Of a stretch of 64,000 nt of DNA, positions 49,765-60,396 are shown piece after piece. The stretch covers positions 1,244 to 65,243 of the forward strand of contig JAGXLU010000005.1 in NCBI GenBank assembly GCA_018334565.1, given 5' to 3'. The notes below the pieces were generated by a model. The model ran no database searches. It had not been told where the DNA came from and saw only the letters and a list, made by a program, of their open reading frames with translations. Numbering within the stretch: the stretch's first letter is position 1; each line of letters begins with the position of its first letter. Origin of the DNA: Halanaerobiales bacterium (GTDB lineage Bacteria; Bacillota; Halanaerobiia; Halanaerobiales; M55B127). The position numbers were made by a program, and so were the translations under genes.

Positions 49765-51105
49765 CTATTCAATAAATTCCTCCTTTTGTAAAATACTTCC
49801 AAGCAAAGCTTCGTAATTATAACAGTCTGTTAATTTTACTTTCCTAATCTTTCCTTTATCTTTTTTCTTTGCATTTACTAATACTTTTATATAATTGTCA
49901 GTATAAGAAGTATAAAATCCGGTTTTACTATCAATATTATCTTCAATGATCACCTTTTTTATCTTATTGAGATAATTTTTATTATATTGACTCATTAATC
50001 TTTTATTTAATTTACGGAGGCGAGCAGCATTTTTTTTCTTGATATCACCTCTAACCTGAGGTTTCATATTATAAGCAGTTGTGTTTTCCCTTCTGGAAAA
50101 AGGAAAAACATGCAGGCGGCTGAAAGAAATCTCTTTGGCAAAGCTATAAGTTTTAGCGAATTCTGAAATTGTTTCACCGGGAAAACCAACAATTATATCT
50201 GTAGTTATAGCTATTTGGGGTACCATATTTCTGCATTCTAAAACTTTTTCTTTAAATTGTTCTTTTGTATAAGGTCTGTTCATTTTTTTTAATATAAGAT
50301 TAGAAGCACTCTGCAAAGGCAGGTGTAGATGAGGGCATACTTTATCATTATTTTTGATAAGCTTAAGCAGTTGTTCGTCAACTTCTGTAACCTCTATAGA
50401 ACTTAACCTAATTCTCTTCAAACCTTTTATTTGAGTCATCTTAAAAATAAGTGCAGCTAAATCATAATTGTCCTTTCTCTCAATACCATAAGCACCAAGA
50501 TGAATACCTGTCAAAACTACCTCTTTGACTGCCTGATTATTTATTAGATGCTCTATTTCTTTAATTATATTTTCCGGGTCCCTGCTTCTCATTTGCCCCC
50601 TTGCATAAGGGATTATGCAGTAACTACAAAACTGATTACAGCCTTCCTGAACTTTTATATAAGCTCTGGTTGTTTTATTTAATCTTTTGATACTCATCTC
50701 TTCATATTCTGTAAATTCATTATAAGACAAACTTTCCTTTAACATCTTATTATTCTCTTTGATGGACTTTCTTTCAATCAAATTTACTATTTCACTTTTA
50801 CCCTGAGTGCCTAAAATCCAATCTACTTCTTTAATTGCTTCTATTTCATTTTGTTCAACCTGGGGGTAACATCCTACCATTATAACCAGGGCCTTTTTGT
50901 TTTTTCTTTTGGCTCTTCTGGCATATTTCCGAGACTTACTGGCAGCTTGATTTGTTACTACACAACTATTTATGATATATATATCAGCTTTTTCATCAAA
51001 TTTTTTTATCTCATATCCAGCTCTCCTAAATTCATCCATCATAACCTCGGTTTCATAATGATTAACCTTGCAGCCCAGGGTATAAAATGCAACAGTTTTC
51101 ATCAT
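49765..51105 (-). CDS. mtaB: tRNA (N6-threonylcarbamoyladenosine37) methylthiotransferase MtaB
   Basis: 446 aa. It has a UPF0004 N-domain (FYTLGCKVN), a radical SAM CNQFCSYC motif and a C-terminal TRAM domain. Confidence 0.9.
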   Translation of the reverse strand: MMKTVAFYTLGCKVNHYETEVMMDEFRRAGYEIKKFDEKADIYIINSCVVTNQAASKSRKYARRAKRKNKKALVIMVGCYPQVEQNEIEAIKEVDWILGTQGKSEIVNLIERKSIKENNKMLKESLSYNEFTEYEEMSIKRLNKTTRAYIKVQEGCNQFCSYCIIPYARGQMRSRDPENIIKEIEHLINNQAVKEVVLTGIHLGAYGIERKDNYDLAALIFKMTQIKGLKRIRLSSIEVTEVDEQLLKLIKNNDKVCPHLHLPLQSASNLILKKMNRPYTKEQFKEKVLECRNMVPQIAITTDIIVGFPGETISEFAKTYSFAKEISFSRLHVFPFSRRENTTAYNMKPQVRGDIKKKNAARLRKLNKRLMSQYNKNYLNKIKKVIIEDNIDSKTGFYTSYTDNYIKVLVNAKKKDKGKIRKVKLTDCYNYEALLGSILQKEEFIE

Positions 51106-51875
51106 TCTCCCCCTAATTCATCATATTCATATAATACAACAGATAAGGCAACAAGCCCGGCTGTTTCGGTTCTTAAGATTCTATTACCTAAGCTGATTTT
51201 TTCTAAATAAGTTTGTCTTTTTATCTCTTCAAAAAATTTTACTTCTTTTTTTGTAAATCCACCTTCTGGTCCTATCAACAACAACATATTACTGATTTGA
51301 TCATGTTCGTAATCTCTTAAAATATCTTTAAAATTTGCTGAGGAAAGATCAGTATATAAAAGCAATATTAAGTCATATCCTGCAAATAATTTTTTAAAAT
51401 TATTCTTATCATCTGTAGATACAATGTTTTTAATAACAGGTATGATGCCTCTTTGAGATTGTTTGGCTGCCTCTTCAGAAATCTTCTGCCACCTCTTCAG
51501 CCTTTTTTGCTCTTTCTTATGAGAAAGTTTAACAATAGTTCTCTTTGTGTTAATTGGTATAATTTTATGAGCACCAATCTCAACACATTTTTGGATAACG
51601 TATTCCATATTTCTATTTTTGGGAATCGCCTGGCCTAAATCAATTTTTATCTTTGGCTCTGAATTATTTTTCTTTTTATTTACAACTATAGCTTTAACAG
51701 AAATATCCGTAAATTCATCCAACCTAACTATATAATCATATCCTTTTTGATCAGATATGATTATCTTATCTCCTTTTTTTAATCTTAAAGAATTAGAAAT
51801 GTGGTTGAAATCATCACCTCTAATTTCAACCACATCATCAATTTGCTCTGCATTTATAAAAAATCTATTCATCAT
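51102..51875 (-). CDS. rsmE: 16S rRNA (uracil1498-N3)-methyltransferase RsmE
   Basis: 257 aa. It has a PUA-like N-terminus (RFFI...) and a SPOUT C-terminus (IGPEGGFTKKEV, LGNRILRTETA). Confidence 0.92.
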   Translation of the reverse strand: MMNRFFINAEQIDDVVEIRGDDFNHISNSLRLKKGDKIIISDQKGYDYIVRLDEFTDISVKAIVVNKKKNNSEPKIKIDLGQAIPKNRNMEYVIQKCVEIGAHKIIPINTKRTIVKLSHKKEQKRLKRWQKISEEAAKQSQRGIIPVIKNIVSTDDKNNFKKLFAGYDLILLLYTDLSSANFKDILRDYEHDQISNMLLLIGPEGGFTKKEVKFFEEIKRQTYLEKISLGNRILRTETAGLVALSVVLYEYDELGGE

Positions 51876-51904
51876 ATATACTACCCTTCTTAAATCATTA
51901 TTCC

Positions 51905-53059
51905 TTATAATGCACCAAAAGCATTTTTTACTTTGCTAAAAAAACCTTTTTTCTCAGGATTTATTTCATCTCCACTTATCTCAGCAAAGTTTTTTAATAG
52001 TTCTTTTTGTTCTTCATCCAAATTCTTTGGAATAACAACTTTGGTCTTTATATATTGATCTCCTTTTCCACTTCTTTTTAAGTGTTTAATCCCTTTATTT
52101 TTTAATCTAAATGTAGTGCCGGGTTGGGTTCCCTGAGGTATTTCAAACTTGACTTTACCCTCTATGGTAGGTACCTTGATTTCGTCTCCTAAAACAGCTT
52201 GGACAAAATTTATAGGTACCTCACAATATACATCATCACCTTTTCTTTTAAATATTTCATGTGGCTGAACCTGAATAATTATATACAAATCTCCATTTGG
52301 TGCATTTTTATCTCCGGCTTCACCTTCATTAGCCATTCTTAACTTACTGCCATCATTAACCCCGGCAGGAATATTAATAGTAAGGTTTCTTCTCCTTTTA
52401 ACTTTTCCAGTACCATTACAGTTAGAACATGGGTTTTCAATTATTTCTCCTGAACCCCCACACCTGTCACAAGTCCTGGCCTGAACAAACTGACCAAAAG
52501 GGGTCTGCTGTTTTACCCTGATCTGGCCTGTACCATTACATTTAGGGCAAGTCTTCACATCAGAACTCGACTCTGCTCCACTTCCATTACATTTAGGACA
52601 AACCTCTGTGCGGGGGATTGTAATTTTCTTTTCAGTTCCAAAAGCAGCTTCTTTAAAAGGTATTTTGAGTCTATATTGTAAATCCCTTCCTTTTTGTGGT
52701 CGGCTCTGGCGACGAGCTCTACCACCCATACCGCTCATACCGTTCATACCACCACCAAAAAACATATCAAATATATCTTCAAATCCGCCAAAACCACCCC
52801 GTGCAAAATCATCAAAGTTAAAATCATCTTCATTGATACCGGAGTGCCCATATTGATCATATCTCTTTCTCTTATCTGGATCACTTAATATTTCATAGGC
52901 TTCTGATATTTGCTTAAACTTTTCACCAGAGCTATCATCTCCATTATTCATATCAGGATGGTATTTTTTTGCTAACTTCCTATATGCTCTTTTTATTTCC
53001 TTTTGTGATGCATCTTTACTGACACCCAGGATGTCATAATAATCTTTTTTACCTGGCAT
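51905..53059 (-). CDS. dnaJ: Molecular chaperone DnaJ
   Basis: It has a J domain ([11 protein letters not shown]), a G/F region and four CxxCxGxG zinc motifs. I chose the ATG at 53059 (GAGGTGA SD 5-6 nt upstream) over the ORF-track GTG at 53068. Confidence 0.97.
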   Translation of the reverse strand: MPGKKDYYDILGVSKDASQKEIKRAYRKLAKKYHPDMNNGDDSSGEKFKQISEAYEILSDPDKRKRYDQYGHSGINEDDFNFDDFARGGFGGFEDIFDMFFGGGMNGMSGMGGRARRQSRPQKGRDLQYRLKIPFKEAAFGTEKKITIPRTEVCPKCNGSGAESSSDVKTCPKCNGTGQIRVKQQTPFGQFVQARTCDRCGGSGEIIENPCSNCNGTGKVKRRRNLTINIPAGVNDGSKLRMANEGEAGDKNAPNGDLYIIIQVQPHEIFKRKGDDVYCEVPINFVQAVLGDEIKVPTIEGKVKFEIPQGTQPGTTFRLKNKGIKHLKRSGKGDQYIKTKVVIPKNLDEEQKELLKNFAEISGDEINPEKKGFFSKVKNAFGAL

Positions 53060-53088
53060 AAAAATCACCTCATAATATTATACAACCT

Positions 53089-53115
53089 AAAAAAGGGGAG
53101 TTTAACCCCTTTTTA
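53089..53115 (-). terminator. Hairpin between dnaK and dnaJ (probable partial terminator)
   Basis: AAAAAAGGGG-AGTTTAA-CCCCTTTTT. On the minus strand the stem is followed by TTTTTTAGG. Confidence 0.55.
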
Positions 53116-53129
53116 GTATTATATCACAA

Positions 53130-54986
53130 TTATTCTTTATTTTCATCATCTACTTCTTCATAATCTACATCAACAGTTTCATCGTCATCAGATGCACTTT
53201 CAGAACCTGATTCCTGTTGCTTTTCAGTTTCTGCTTGTGCTTCATCTTCTTTTTGGGTTTGCGCATAGAGTTGTGAACTTAATTCAGTTAATTCTTCGTT
53301 GAGTGCCTCCATTTTATCTTCAATTAAATCTATATCATCTTTTTCAATAGCATCCTGGAGATCTTTTTTAGCAGACTCTACTTTCTTTACAATCTCTTCA
53401 GAAACTTTGTTTTCTGCTTTTTTTATTGTTTTATCAGTAGTGTGTACTAAAGCATCAGCTTCATTTTTGGTTTCAACTTCTTTTCTTTTTCTTTCATCTT
53501 CTTCAGCGTGTTCTTCTGCATCCTCGACCATTTCCTCAATTTCCTCTTCAGATAAACCTGAGGAAGATTTTATTGTTATATTTTGTTCATTTCCTGTTCC
53601 TTTATCTTTAGCAGAAACATGGACTATACCATTTTCATCAATATCGAAAGTAACCTCAATTTGAGGTACTCCTCGAGGAGCAGGTGGAATATCTGTTAAC
53701 TGAAATCTACCAAGTGTTTTATTGTGTTTGGCCATTTCTCTTTCACCTTGTAATACATGTATATCTACAGCAGTTTGGTTGTCTTGTGCAGTCGAGAATA
53801 TCTTGCTCTTTGAGGTAGGAATAGTAGTATTTCTATCTATAAGTTTAGTAAATACTCCTCCTAGAGTCTCTATACCTAAAGAAAGTGGTGTAACATCTAA
53901 TAATACAATATCATCAACCTCACCAGATAATACACCAGCTTGGATAGCTGCTCCAACAGCAACTACTTCATCAGGATTTATACCTTTATGAGGTTCTTTG
54001 CCAATTTTATCTTTAACTGCCTCTTGGACAGCTGGTATTCTGGTAGAGCCACCTACTAATATTACTTCATCAATTTCAGAAGGTCCAAAACCAGCATCAT
54101 CTAAAGCCTTGTCCATAGGACCCATTGTTTTATTAATCATATCTTCTACTAGTTCTTCAAACTTAGCCCTTGTAATATCTACATCTAAATGCTTAGGTCC
54201 AGTATCTGTTTGTGTTATAAATGGTAGGTTTACATTTGTTTGTTTAACACTTGATAATTCAATTTTGGCCTTTTCAGCTGAATCTTTTAAGCGCTGTAGG
54301 GCCATCTTATCATCTTTAAGATTTATACCGGTTTCCTTTTTAAATTCCTCTGCCAGATAATCTATAATCCTCTGGTCGAAATCATCACCGCCCAAAGTAT
54401 TATTACCATTAGTAGAAATTACTTCAAAAACTCCATCTCCTAATTCTAGTATTGATACATCAAAAGTTCCTCCACCCAGATCAAATACAAGAATGGTTTG
54501 CTCTTTTTTATCATCAAGGCCATATGCTAAAGAAGCAGCTGTTGGCTCATTGATAATTCTTTTTACAGTTAAACCAGCTATCTTGCCCGCATCTTTAGTC
54601 GCCTGTCTCTGTGCATCTGAGAAATAAGCAGGTACAGTAATAACTGCTTCTTTTACATTTTCACCTAAGTATTCTTCTGCATCTTTTTTCATCTTTTGTA
54701 AAATCATTGCAGATACTTCCTGAGGTGTATACTCTTTATCGCCCATTTTCTTTTTAATTTCTTTACCCATTTCTCTTTTTATTGAAGCAACGGTATTATC
54801 ATGGTTAGTTATGGCCTGCCTTTTCGCATATTCACCTACTAGTCTTTCTCCTTTTTTTGAATAAGCAACTACTGAAGGGGTGGTTCTTTGTCCCTCTTTA
54901 TTCGGTATTACAGTAGGCTCTCCACCTTCCATAATAGCCATACAAGAATTAGTTGTTCCTAAATCAATTCCTAATATCTTACTCAT
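53130..54986 (-). CDS. dnaK: Molecular chaperone DnaK (Hsp70)
   Basis: 618 aa with [17 protein letters not shown] and a long acidic C-terminal tail. Confidence 0.98.
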   Translation of the reverse strand: MSKILGIDLGTTNSCMAIMEGGEPTVIPNKEGQRTTPSVVAYSKKGERLVGEYAKRQAITNHDNTVASIKREMGKEIKKKMGDKEYTPQEVSAMILQKMKKDAEEYLGENVKEAVITVPAYFSDAQRQATKDAGKIAGLTVKRIINEPTAASLAYGLDDKKEQTILVFDLGGGTFDVSILELGDGVFEVISTNGNNTLGGDDFDQRIIDYLAEEFKKETGINLKDDKMALQRLKDSAEKAKIELSSVKQTNVNLPFITQTDTGPKHLDVDITRAKFEELVEDMINKTMGPMDKALDDAGFGPSEIDEVILVGGSTRIPAVQEAVKDKIGKEPHKGINPDEVVAVGAAIQAGVLSGEVDDIVLLDVTPLSLGIETLGGVFTKLIDRNTTIPTSKSKIFSTAQDNQTAVDIHVLQGEREMAKHNKTLGRFQLTDIPPAPRGVPQIEVTFDIDENGIVHVSAKDKGTGNEQNITIKSSSGLSEEEIEEMVEDAEEHAEEDERKRKEVETKNEADALVHTTDKTIKKAENKVSEEIVKKVESAKKDLQDAIEKDDIDLIEDKMEALNEELTELSSQLYAQTQKEDEAQAETEKQQESGSESASDDDETVDVDYEEVDDENKE

Positions 54987-55029
54987 TTAAGATTCCTCCT
55001 TTTATATTCTGTAATTTATTTAAAGTATA

Positions 55030-55617
55030 CTAGATAGCCACTTTGACCATGGCCGGTCTAACAACCTCTTCATCAACTAAATAACCTTTCTGTATTTCTT
55101 CAACAATATAACCTGATTCATGTTCATCAGATTCAACCTGCATAACTGCTTCATGGTATGCAGGATCAAATTCTTGACCATCTGTTTTAATGATTTCAAG
55201 TCCTTCTTTTTTTAACACATTGATCAGCTGTTTTTTTATCATTTTTACACCAGAAAGAAATTCTGTTTCTTGATCAACAGTTTTTAGGGCTCTTTCAAAA
55301 TTATCAATTACCGGTATTAAAGAACTGATTATATCTATTTTTGTCCTGATTTCTATCTTGTTTTTGTCCTTTTTAACCCTATTTCTGTAATTGACAAAAT
55401 CAGCCTTTAATCTCTTCATTTGATTTAGATATTGATCTTTTTCTTCAGTTGCGACCGCTAATTCATCCTTCACTTCTTTAAGTCTTTCTATCAAAACTTC
55501 TTCAGTAATATCTTCTTCTAATTCTACTGTGCTTCGTTTATCTTTTTTAATATCTGATTTTTCTTCTTTAACATTATTATCTTCACTTTCAAAATTTTTA
55601 TCTTTTTCTGCCATCAT
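55030..55617 (-). CDS. grpE: Nucleotide exchange factor GrpE
   Basis: 195 aa. It has an acidic N-terminus, a coiled coil (RLKADFVNYRNR) and a C-terminal beta domain (GYIVEEIQKGY...VRPAMVKV). Confidence 0.95.
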   Translation of the reverse strand: MMAEKDKNFESEDNNVKEEKSDIKKDKRSTVELEEDITEEVLIERLKEVKDELAVATEEKDQYLNQMKRLKADFVNYRNRVKKDKNKIEIRTKIDIISSLIPVIDNFERALKTVDQETEFLSGVKMIKKQLINVLKKEGLEIIKTDGQEFDPAYHEAVMQVESDEHESGYIVEEIQKGYLVDEEVVRPAMVKVAI

Positions 55618-55618
55618 C

Positions 55619-56668
55619 TTATTTGTTCACCTCTGATATAATTTTACTTAAAATATCTGATACAATATTAACTGTAGAAATAACACGTGGATATTCCATT
55701 CTAGTCGGTCCTAAAACCCCTATTTTGCCGACCGCTTTATCTCCTATTGTATAATTAGCAATTACAACACTACACCTCTGCATCTCTTTCATCTCATTCT
55801 CATGTCCTATTCTAACCTCTATTTCTTTATTATTCTCAGCTGTAATTAACTTCTTTAAAGTATCTTCATGATCTAAAATATTTAAAACTTTTTTTAGATA
55901 TTCTATATCATTAAACTCGGGTTGATCTAAAATATAGGAAGTACCTCCAATATAAATATTTACATCTCTAGGATCAATTATTTCTTTGATTTCTTTATTT
56001 ATAATGTTAAATAACTGCTGTGATAAATTAATCTTTTTTAAAAGTTCATCCTCAATTTCATCAAAGTAATTTTTATCAAGATTATTAATATTTTTATCTG
56101 TTATCTTATTAACTAAGAAATTATTGATATATCTGATTTTTCTTTTATCCAAATCCTGCTGGATATTAATCATTTTATCACTGACAAATCCATTATCAGT
56201 AACCATTACAAGTAACAGCTTATTATTAGTGACTTTAATCAACTGTACTTCACTGAGTTTAGTGTTTTTAAATTCTGGTTCTGTAATCATTGTGGCATAC
56301 TTGGTAAACTCAGATAGCATGTTCGTGATACCTGATACAATACCATGTATGCCTTTTTTTGCTTTGGTTATTTCTGATAAGGTTTTAATCAGTTTATCAG
56401 AATTAATTCCCTTATTATTCATCAGAATATCCACATAATATCTATAACCTTTATCAGAAGGTATGCGACCAGCCGAAGTATGCGGCTGCTCCAAATAACC
56501 CAGTTCTTCTAAGTCTGCCATCTCATTTCTTATCGTAGCAGAACTTACACCCAGGTCATATTTTTTTGCTATAGTTCGAGATCCAACTGGAGATGCTGTT
56601 ATTATATGTTCTTGAATGATGGCGTGCAGTATACTACTTTTACGTCTATCTAAATTTTTAACCATCAT
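55619..56668 (-). CDS. hrcA: Heat-inducible transcription repressor HrcA
   Basis: It has RKSSILHAIIQEHIITASPVGSRTIA and LGYLEQPHTSAGRIPSDKGYRYYVD. The ATG at 56668 follows an AGAGGTGA SD. The ORF-track start at 56689 would run into the CIRCE operator. Confidence 0.95.
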   Translation of the reverse strand: MMVKNLDRRKSSILHAIIQEHIITASPVGSRTIAKKYDLGVSSATIRNEMADLEELGYLEQPHTSAGRIPSDKGYRYYVDILMNNKGINSDKLIKTLSEITKAKKGIHGIVSGITNMLSEFTKYATMITEPEFKNTKLSEVQLIKVTNNKLLLVMVTDNGFVSDKMINIQQDLDKRKIRYINNFLVNKITDKNINNLDKNYFDEIEDELLKKINLSQQLFNIINKEIKEIIDPRDVNIYIGGTSYILDQPEFNDIEYLKKVLNILDHEDTLKKLITAENNKEIEVRIGHENEMKEMQRCSVVIANYTIGDKAVGKIGVLGPTRMEYPRVISTVNIVSDILSKIISEVNK

Positions 56669-56682
56669 CTTCACCTCTTTTT

Positions 56683-56709
56683 TTAGCACTCAACTAAATA
56701 GAGTGCTAA
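56683..56709. promoter_or_regulatory. CIRCE operator (HrcA binding site)
   Basis: It is a perfect match to the consensus TTAGCACTC-N9-GAGTGCTAA (TTAGCACTC AACTAAATA GAGTGCTAA). It lies between the hrcA promoter and the SD. Confidence 0.95.
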
Positions 56710-56720
56710 TAACTATTAAT

Positions 56721-56749
56721 AAAATAACATATCGCTTTTACTTTGTCAA
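56721..56749 (-). promoter_or_regulatory. Sigma-A type promoter of the hrcA-grpE-dnaK-dnaJ operon
   Basis: Minus strand reads TTGACA (56749-56744), 17 nt, then TGtTATTTT (hexamer 56726-56721). CIRCE begins 12 nt downstream. Confidence 0.6.
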
Positions 56750-56782
56750 ATACTTTTAAACTCAAATGAGCAAATTTATATA

Positions 56783-57937
56783 TTATAAAATGAGTTTTGA
56801 AAAAACCAGATTAGCAAGGTTTAAACCCTTCTTAGTCAGATAGATTCTCTTTTTGTCTACTACTATTAGATTATCCTCTTTGAGTTCCTGTAGGACATTG
56901 TCATATATATCAAAGATTGAAACATCAAATTTGGATTTAAATTTCTCAACATCAATCCCCTCAGTTAACCTCAAACCCATAAACATACTTTCGAAAATCA
57001 TTTCTTTTTTATTTAATTTTATAATATCTTGTACTGGTAGTCTGCCTTTTTTTAATTCATAAATATACTTTCTAAAATTACTGTAGTTTTTATATCTTTG
57101 CTTACCATTAAAACCATGGGCAGCTGGTCCCAACCCCAAATATGGTTCATATTTCCAATAGATAATATTATGTTTTGATCTGTGTTCATCCCGAGAAAAA
57201 TTAGATATCTCATAATGATTATAGCCGGCTTCTTGCAATTTTTTTATTGCATGGTTATACATTTTATAGTCTAATTCTTCTGAAATAAGATTTGTTTTCT
57301 TATCCTTAAATCTTTTATATAATTTTGTCCCATCTTCAATCTGAAGTTTATATAAAGAAATATGGCTGGGATTAAAATCAAGTACCTGATTTAAACTGTA
57401 TACAAAATTTAGAAATGTCTGTCTAAAAAGAGCGAAAATTAAATCAATATTATAGTTGTCAAAATGTTTTTCGACCTTTATGATAGCGTTTATAGAATCA
57501 ATTACATCATGGCTCCTACCTAAAAATTTTAATTCTTCATCAAGAAAAGATTGTATTCCAAGGCTTAGACGATTAATCCCCATTTCTCTGTATGCTTTTA
57601 TTTTACATTCAGTTAGGCTTTCTGGATTAGCCTCCATACTAATTTCCACATTCTCAACAACATTAAAAGAATTAAATACAGTAATTAGTATCTCTTCTAT
57701 TAGTTGAGGAGACAATAAGCTGGGAGTGCCTCCTCCTAGATAAATCGTTCGACACCTATTATTAATAAGTTTATCAGCGTATAATTCTATTTCTTTTTTT
57801 AACATATCCACATATTCTCTCATCTTCTGTGGCGTATATTTAATAGAATAGAAATCACAGTAATTACATTTGCTTTGACAAAAGGGAATATGAATATAAA
57901 GACCGAATGCTTTTTTATAATTTAAATATCTATTCAT
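56783..57937 (-). CDS. hemW: Radical SAM heme chaperone HemW (coproporphyrinogen III oxidase-like, HemN family)
   Basis: 384 aa with the radical SAM motif [16 protein letters not shown] and an HemN_C domain. Confidence 0.92.
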   Translation of the reverse strand: MNRYLNYKKAFGLYIHIPFCQSKCNYCDFYSIKYTPQKMREYVDMLKKEIELYADKLINNRCRTIYLGGGTPSLLSPQLIEEILITVFNSFNVVENVEISMEANPESLTECKIKAYREMGINRLSLGIQSFLDEELKFLGRSHDVIDSINAIIKVEKHFDNYNIDLIFALFRQTFLNFVYSLNQVLDFNPSHISLYKLQIEDGTKLYKRFKDKKTNLISEELDYKMYNHAIKKLQEAGYNHYEISNFSRDEHRSKHNIIYWKYEPYLGLGPAAHGFNGKQRYKNYSNFRKYIYELKKGRLPVQDIIKLNKKEMIFESMFMGLRLTEGIDVEKFKSKFDVSIFDIYDNVLQELKEDNLIVVDKKRIYLTKKGLNLANLVFSKLIL

Positions 57938-59717
57938 CTTCCTCCCTTTCTAGGATGGACATAAATGCTTTTTGAGGAATTTCTACTTTTCCGACCATTT
58001 TCATTCTCTTTTTACCTGCTTTTTGTTTTTCTAGTAATTTTCTTTTTCTACTGACATCCCCACCATAACATTTCTGTAATACATCTTTTCTTTTAGCAGA
58101 GATATTAACTCTGGCCAGTATTTTACTATCAACTGCAGCCTGAATAGGTACTTTAAACATCTGTCTAGGTATTGTTTTTTTCAGCTTCCTAACCAAAGTC
58201 AGGCCTTTTTCGCGCGCATTGTCTCGAAAAACAATTGTCGACAACGCATCAACCGGCTCTTTGTTGACAAGGATATCGAGTTTTACCAGATCTGATTCTT
58301 GATAACCGATCATTTTATAATCTAATGTGGCATAACCGCGTGATTTAGATTTAAGTTGGTTAAAAAAATCAGTTATTATTTCACTTAAAGGCATTTTATA
58401 TTCTAAAGCTACTCTATTTTCATCTATATACTGCATATCAATAAATTGTCCGCGATTATTTTGACAAAGTTTCATAATAGGGCCTATATATTCTTCAGGC
58501 AGGTGCAGAGCTGCTTTAACAAATGGCTCTTTAATAATTTTAATCTCACTTTGTTGGGGAAAATCTGCTGGATTCTCTATTTCTAAAAGTTCATTTGATT
58601 TTTTTTTAACTTTGTATATTACGCTCGGAGCAGTAATTATAAGGTCAATATCATACTCTCTTTCCAATCTTTCCTGTATTATTTCCATGTGTAATAATCC
58701 TAAAAAACCACATCTGAAACCAAATCCTAATGCCTCTGAAGTTTCTGGTTCAAAAATCAGTGAAGCATCATTTAATTGCAACTTTTCTAAAGCATCTTTT
58801 AAAAGATTAAAATCTTTGTTGTCAGAAGGATATAATCCACTATAAACCATAGGCTTGACTTTTTTATAACCCGGAAGTGGTGTTTCAGCTGGATTTTTTA
58901 TATGGGTAATTGTATCACCAACTCGACAATTTTTGACATCCTTTACTCCTGCAATTATATAGCCAACCTCTCCGGTTGATAATTTTTTTACAGAAGATCT
59001 TGTGGGATTAAATACGCCTAATTCATCCACCTCATACTTTTTATCATTGGCCATCATCTTTATTTGATCATTCAAAATAACCATTCCATCTATAACTCTA
59101 ACATAAGCAATGACTCCCTGATAAGAATCATATACGGAATCAAAAATTAAAGCACGCAGCGGTTTACTCTGATTGTCTTGAGGTGCTGGAATTCTTTTAA
59201 TGACTGCATGTAAAACATCTTCAATATTAGTACCTTCTTTTGCACTGGTTAAAATAGCCTCATCAGGATCAATGCCGATCTCTAATAGTTGCTCCTTTAC
59301 TTTCTTAGGATCAGCTCTATCTAAGTCTATCTTATTTATTATAGGAATAATCTCTAAATCGTTTTCTAAAGCCAGGTATATATTAGCCATAGTCTGAGCC
59401 TCTATTCCCTGGGCAGCATCAATAACCAAAAGTGCTCCTTCAGCCGCAGCTAAACTTTTAGATACCTCATAAGAAAAATCTACATGTCCGGGAGTATCAA
59501 TTAAATTAAGTTCATAACCTTTATAATTAATCCGGACAGCTTGTGCTTTTATAGTTATACCTCTTTCTCTTTCTAGTTCCATATTATCGAGGACCTGATC
59601 TTTCATATCACGATCAGATATTGTATTTGTAAACTCCAATAAACGATCAGCAAGTGTTGATTTGCCGTGGTCTATATGGGCTATAATACAAAAATTTCTT
59701 ATCTGCTTACAGTCCAT
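57930..59717 (-). CDS. lepA: Elongation factor 4 (LepA)
   Basis: 595 aa with [19 protein letters not shown] and the LepA-specific C-terminal domain. Confidence 0.98.
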   Translation of the reverse strand: MDCKQIRNFCIIAHIDHGKSTLADRLLEFTNTISDRDMKDQVLDNMELERERGITIKAQAVRINYKGYELNLIDTPGHVDFSYEVSKSLAAAEGALLVIDAAQGIEAQTMANIYLALENDLEIIPIINKIDLDRADPKKVKEQLLEIGIDPDEAILTSAKEGTNIEDVLHAVIKRIPAPQDNQSKPLRALIFDSVYDSYQGVIAYVRVIDGMVILNDQIKMMANDKKYEVDELGVFNPTRSSVKKLSTGEVGYIIAGVKDVKNCRVGDTITHIKNPAETPLPGYKKVKPMVYSGLYPSDNKDFNLLKDALEKLQLNDASLIFEPETSEALGFGFRCGFLGLLHMEIIQERLEREYDIDLIITAPSVIYKVKKKSNELLEIENPADFPQQSEIKIIKEPFVKAALHLPEEYIGPIMKLCQNNRGQFIDMQYIDENRVALEYKMPLSEIITDFFNQLKSKSRGYATLDYKMIGYQESDLVKLDILVNKEPVDALSTIVFRDNAREKGLTLVRKLKKTIPRQMFKVPIQAAVDSKILARVNISAKRKDVLQKCYGGDVSRKRKLLEKQKAGKKRMKMVGKVEIPQKAFMSILEREEDE

Positions 59718-59753
59718 ATCTTTGGCTCCTTTCTATTTATTAAACTTGCGAGT

Positions 59754-59782
59754 ATTATAACATTCAGTATCCCTTTTATCAA
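59754..59782 (-). promoter_or_regulatory. Sigma-A type promoter for lepA-hemW
   Basis: Minus strand reads TTGATA (59782-59777), 17 nt, then TGtTATAAT (hexamer 59759-59754). Confidence 0.6.
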
Positions 59783-59954
59783 GAATCTGATTAACATCTA
59801 AAAAGATACAGTCCATTGTCAATGAGAACATAGACATAATTTAACTGATTTCAGATACCTAAAAAGAATAAATGAGACGAATTTCTATTTATACTAAAAA
59901 TCTTTTGGGAAATAGGATATATATTTAACCTTGCAATACTCAAAATCTAATATT

Positions 59955-59976
59955 TTATTAATAATATTATTAATAA
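59955..59976. repeat. Perfect 22-bp AT palindrome in the rpsT upstream region
   Basis: TTATTAATAATATTATTAATAA equals its own reverse complement. It is flanked by two 22-nt direct repeats that both begin CTTGCAAT (59930-59951 and 59989-60010, 17/22 identical). Confidence 0.7.
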
Positions 59977-59989
59977 TGCGGTATAAGAC

Positions 59990-60018
59990 TTGCAATTTTA
60001 CAAATCTGATGTTAAAAT
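59990..60018 (+). promoter_or_regulatory. Sigma-A type promoter for rpsT (a weaker second candidate lies at 60026-60054)
   Basis: It reads TTGCAA (59990-59995), 17 nt, then TGtTAAAAT (hexamer 60013-60018). The second candidate reads TTGCAA (60026-60031), 17 nt, then TAAATA. Confidence 0.55.
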
Positions 60019-60083
60019 TGTTATGTTGCAAACTTAGAAAGAACAATATAAATATACCGTTCACTAACAAGGGGGTGAAAGCT

Positions 60084-60347
60084 GTGCCTATTATTGAATC
60101 TGCAAAAAAAAGGGTTAAAACCAATGAAAAGAAAAAAGAGGTTAATAGATATTGGAAAAATAAACTCAAAGATACAATAAAAGAGTATGAAACAGCTGTT
60201 GAAGAAGGTAATATAAAAAAAGCCGAAGAACTACTACCTGAAACATATAAAATTATTGATAAAGCAGCATCTCATAATATTATTCATAAAAATAATGCTA
60301 ACAGAAAGAAATCTAAAATGAAAAGAATGTTAAATAAAATCAAATAA
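60084..60347 (+). CDS. rpsT: 30S ribosomal protein S20
   Basis: The GTG at 60084 has an AAGGGGGTGA SD upstream and gives 87 aa beginning PIIESAKKRVKTNEKKKEVN. The 138-aa ORF-track version (from 59931) is an upstream extension. This is the only plus-strand protein gene in the window. Confidence 0.93.
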   Translation: MPIIESAKKRVKTNEKKKEVNRYWKNKLKDTIKEYETAVEEGNIKKAEELLPETYKIIDKAASHNIIHKNNANRKKSKMKRMLNKIK

Positions 60348-60363
60348 AACAAGTATCTGGAAA

Positions 60364-60387
60364 GGCTTATTCTTAACTGAATAAGCC
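60364..60387. terminator. Bidirectional terminator between convergent rpsT and holA
   Basis: A 9-bp stem GGCTTATTC / GAATAAGCC has a 6-nt loop. It is followed by ATTTGCTTTTT on the plus strand and TTTCCAGATACTTGTTTT on the minus strand. Confidence 0.7.
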
Positions 60388-60396
60388 ATTTGCTTT

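Noticed and set aside
53299-54360. Three long plus-strand ORFs (121, 89 and 120 aa) lie antisense to dnaK.
   Set aside because: They are Ser/Leu/Ile-rich low-complexity translations with no SD or promoter. They are the typical shadow ORFs produced opposite a highly expressed, codon-biased gene, and they lie entirely within dnaK.
59894-60169. A 91-aa minus-strand ORF, and the 51-codon upstream extension of the rpsT ORF (59931-60083).
   Set aside because: Both run through the AT-rich promoter region. S20 homology begins only at the GTG at 60084, which has a strong SD. The minus-strand ORF is hydrophobic low-complexity sequence with no SD, and it overlaps rpsT.
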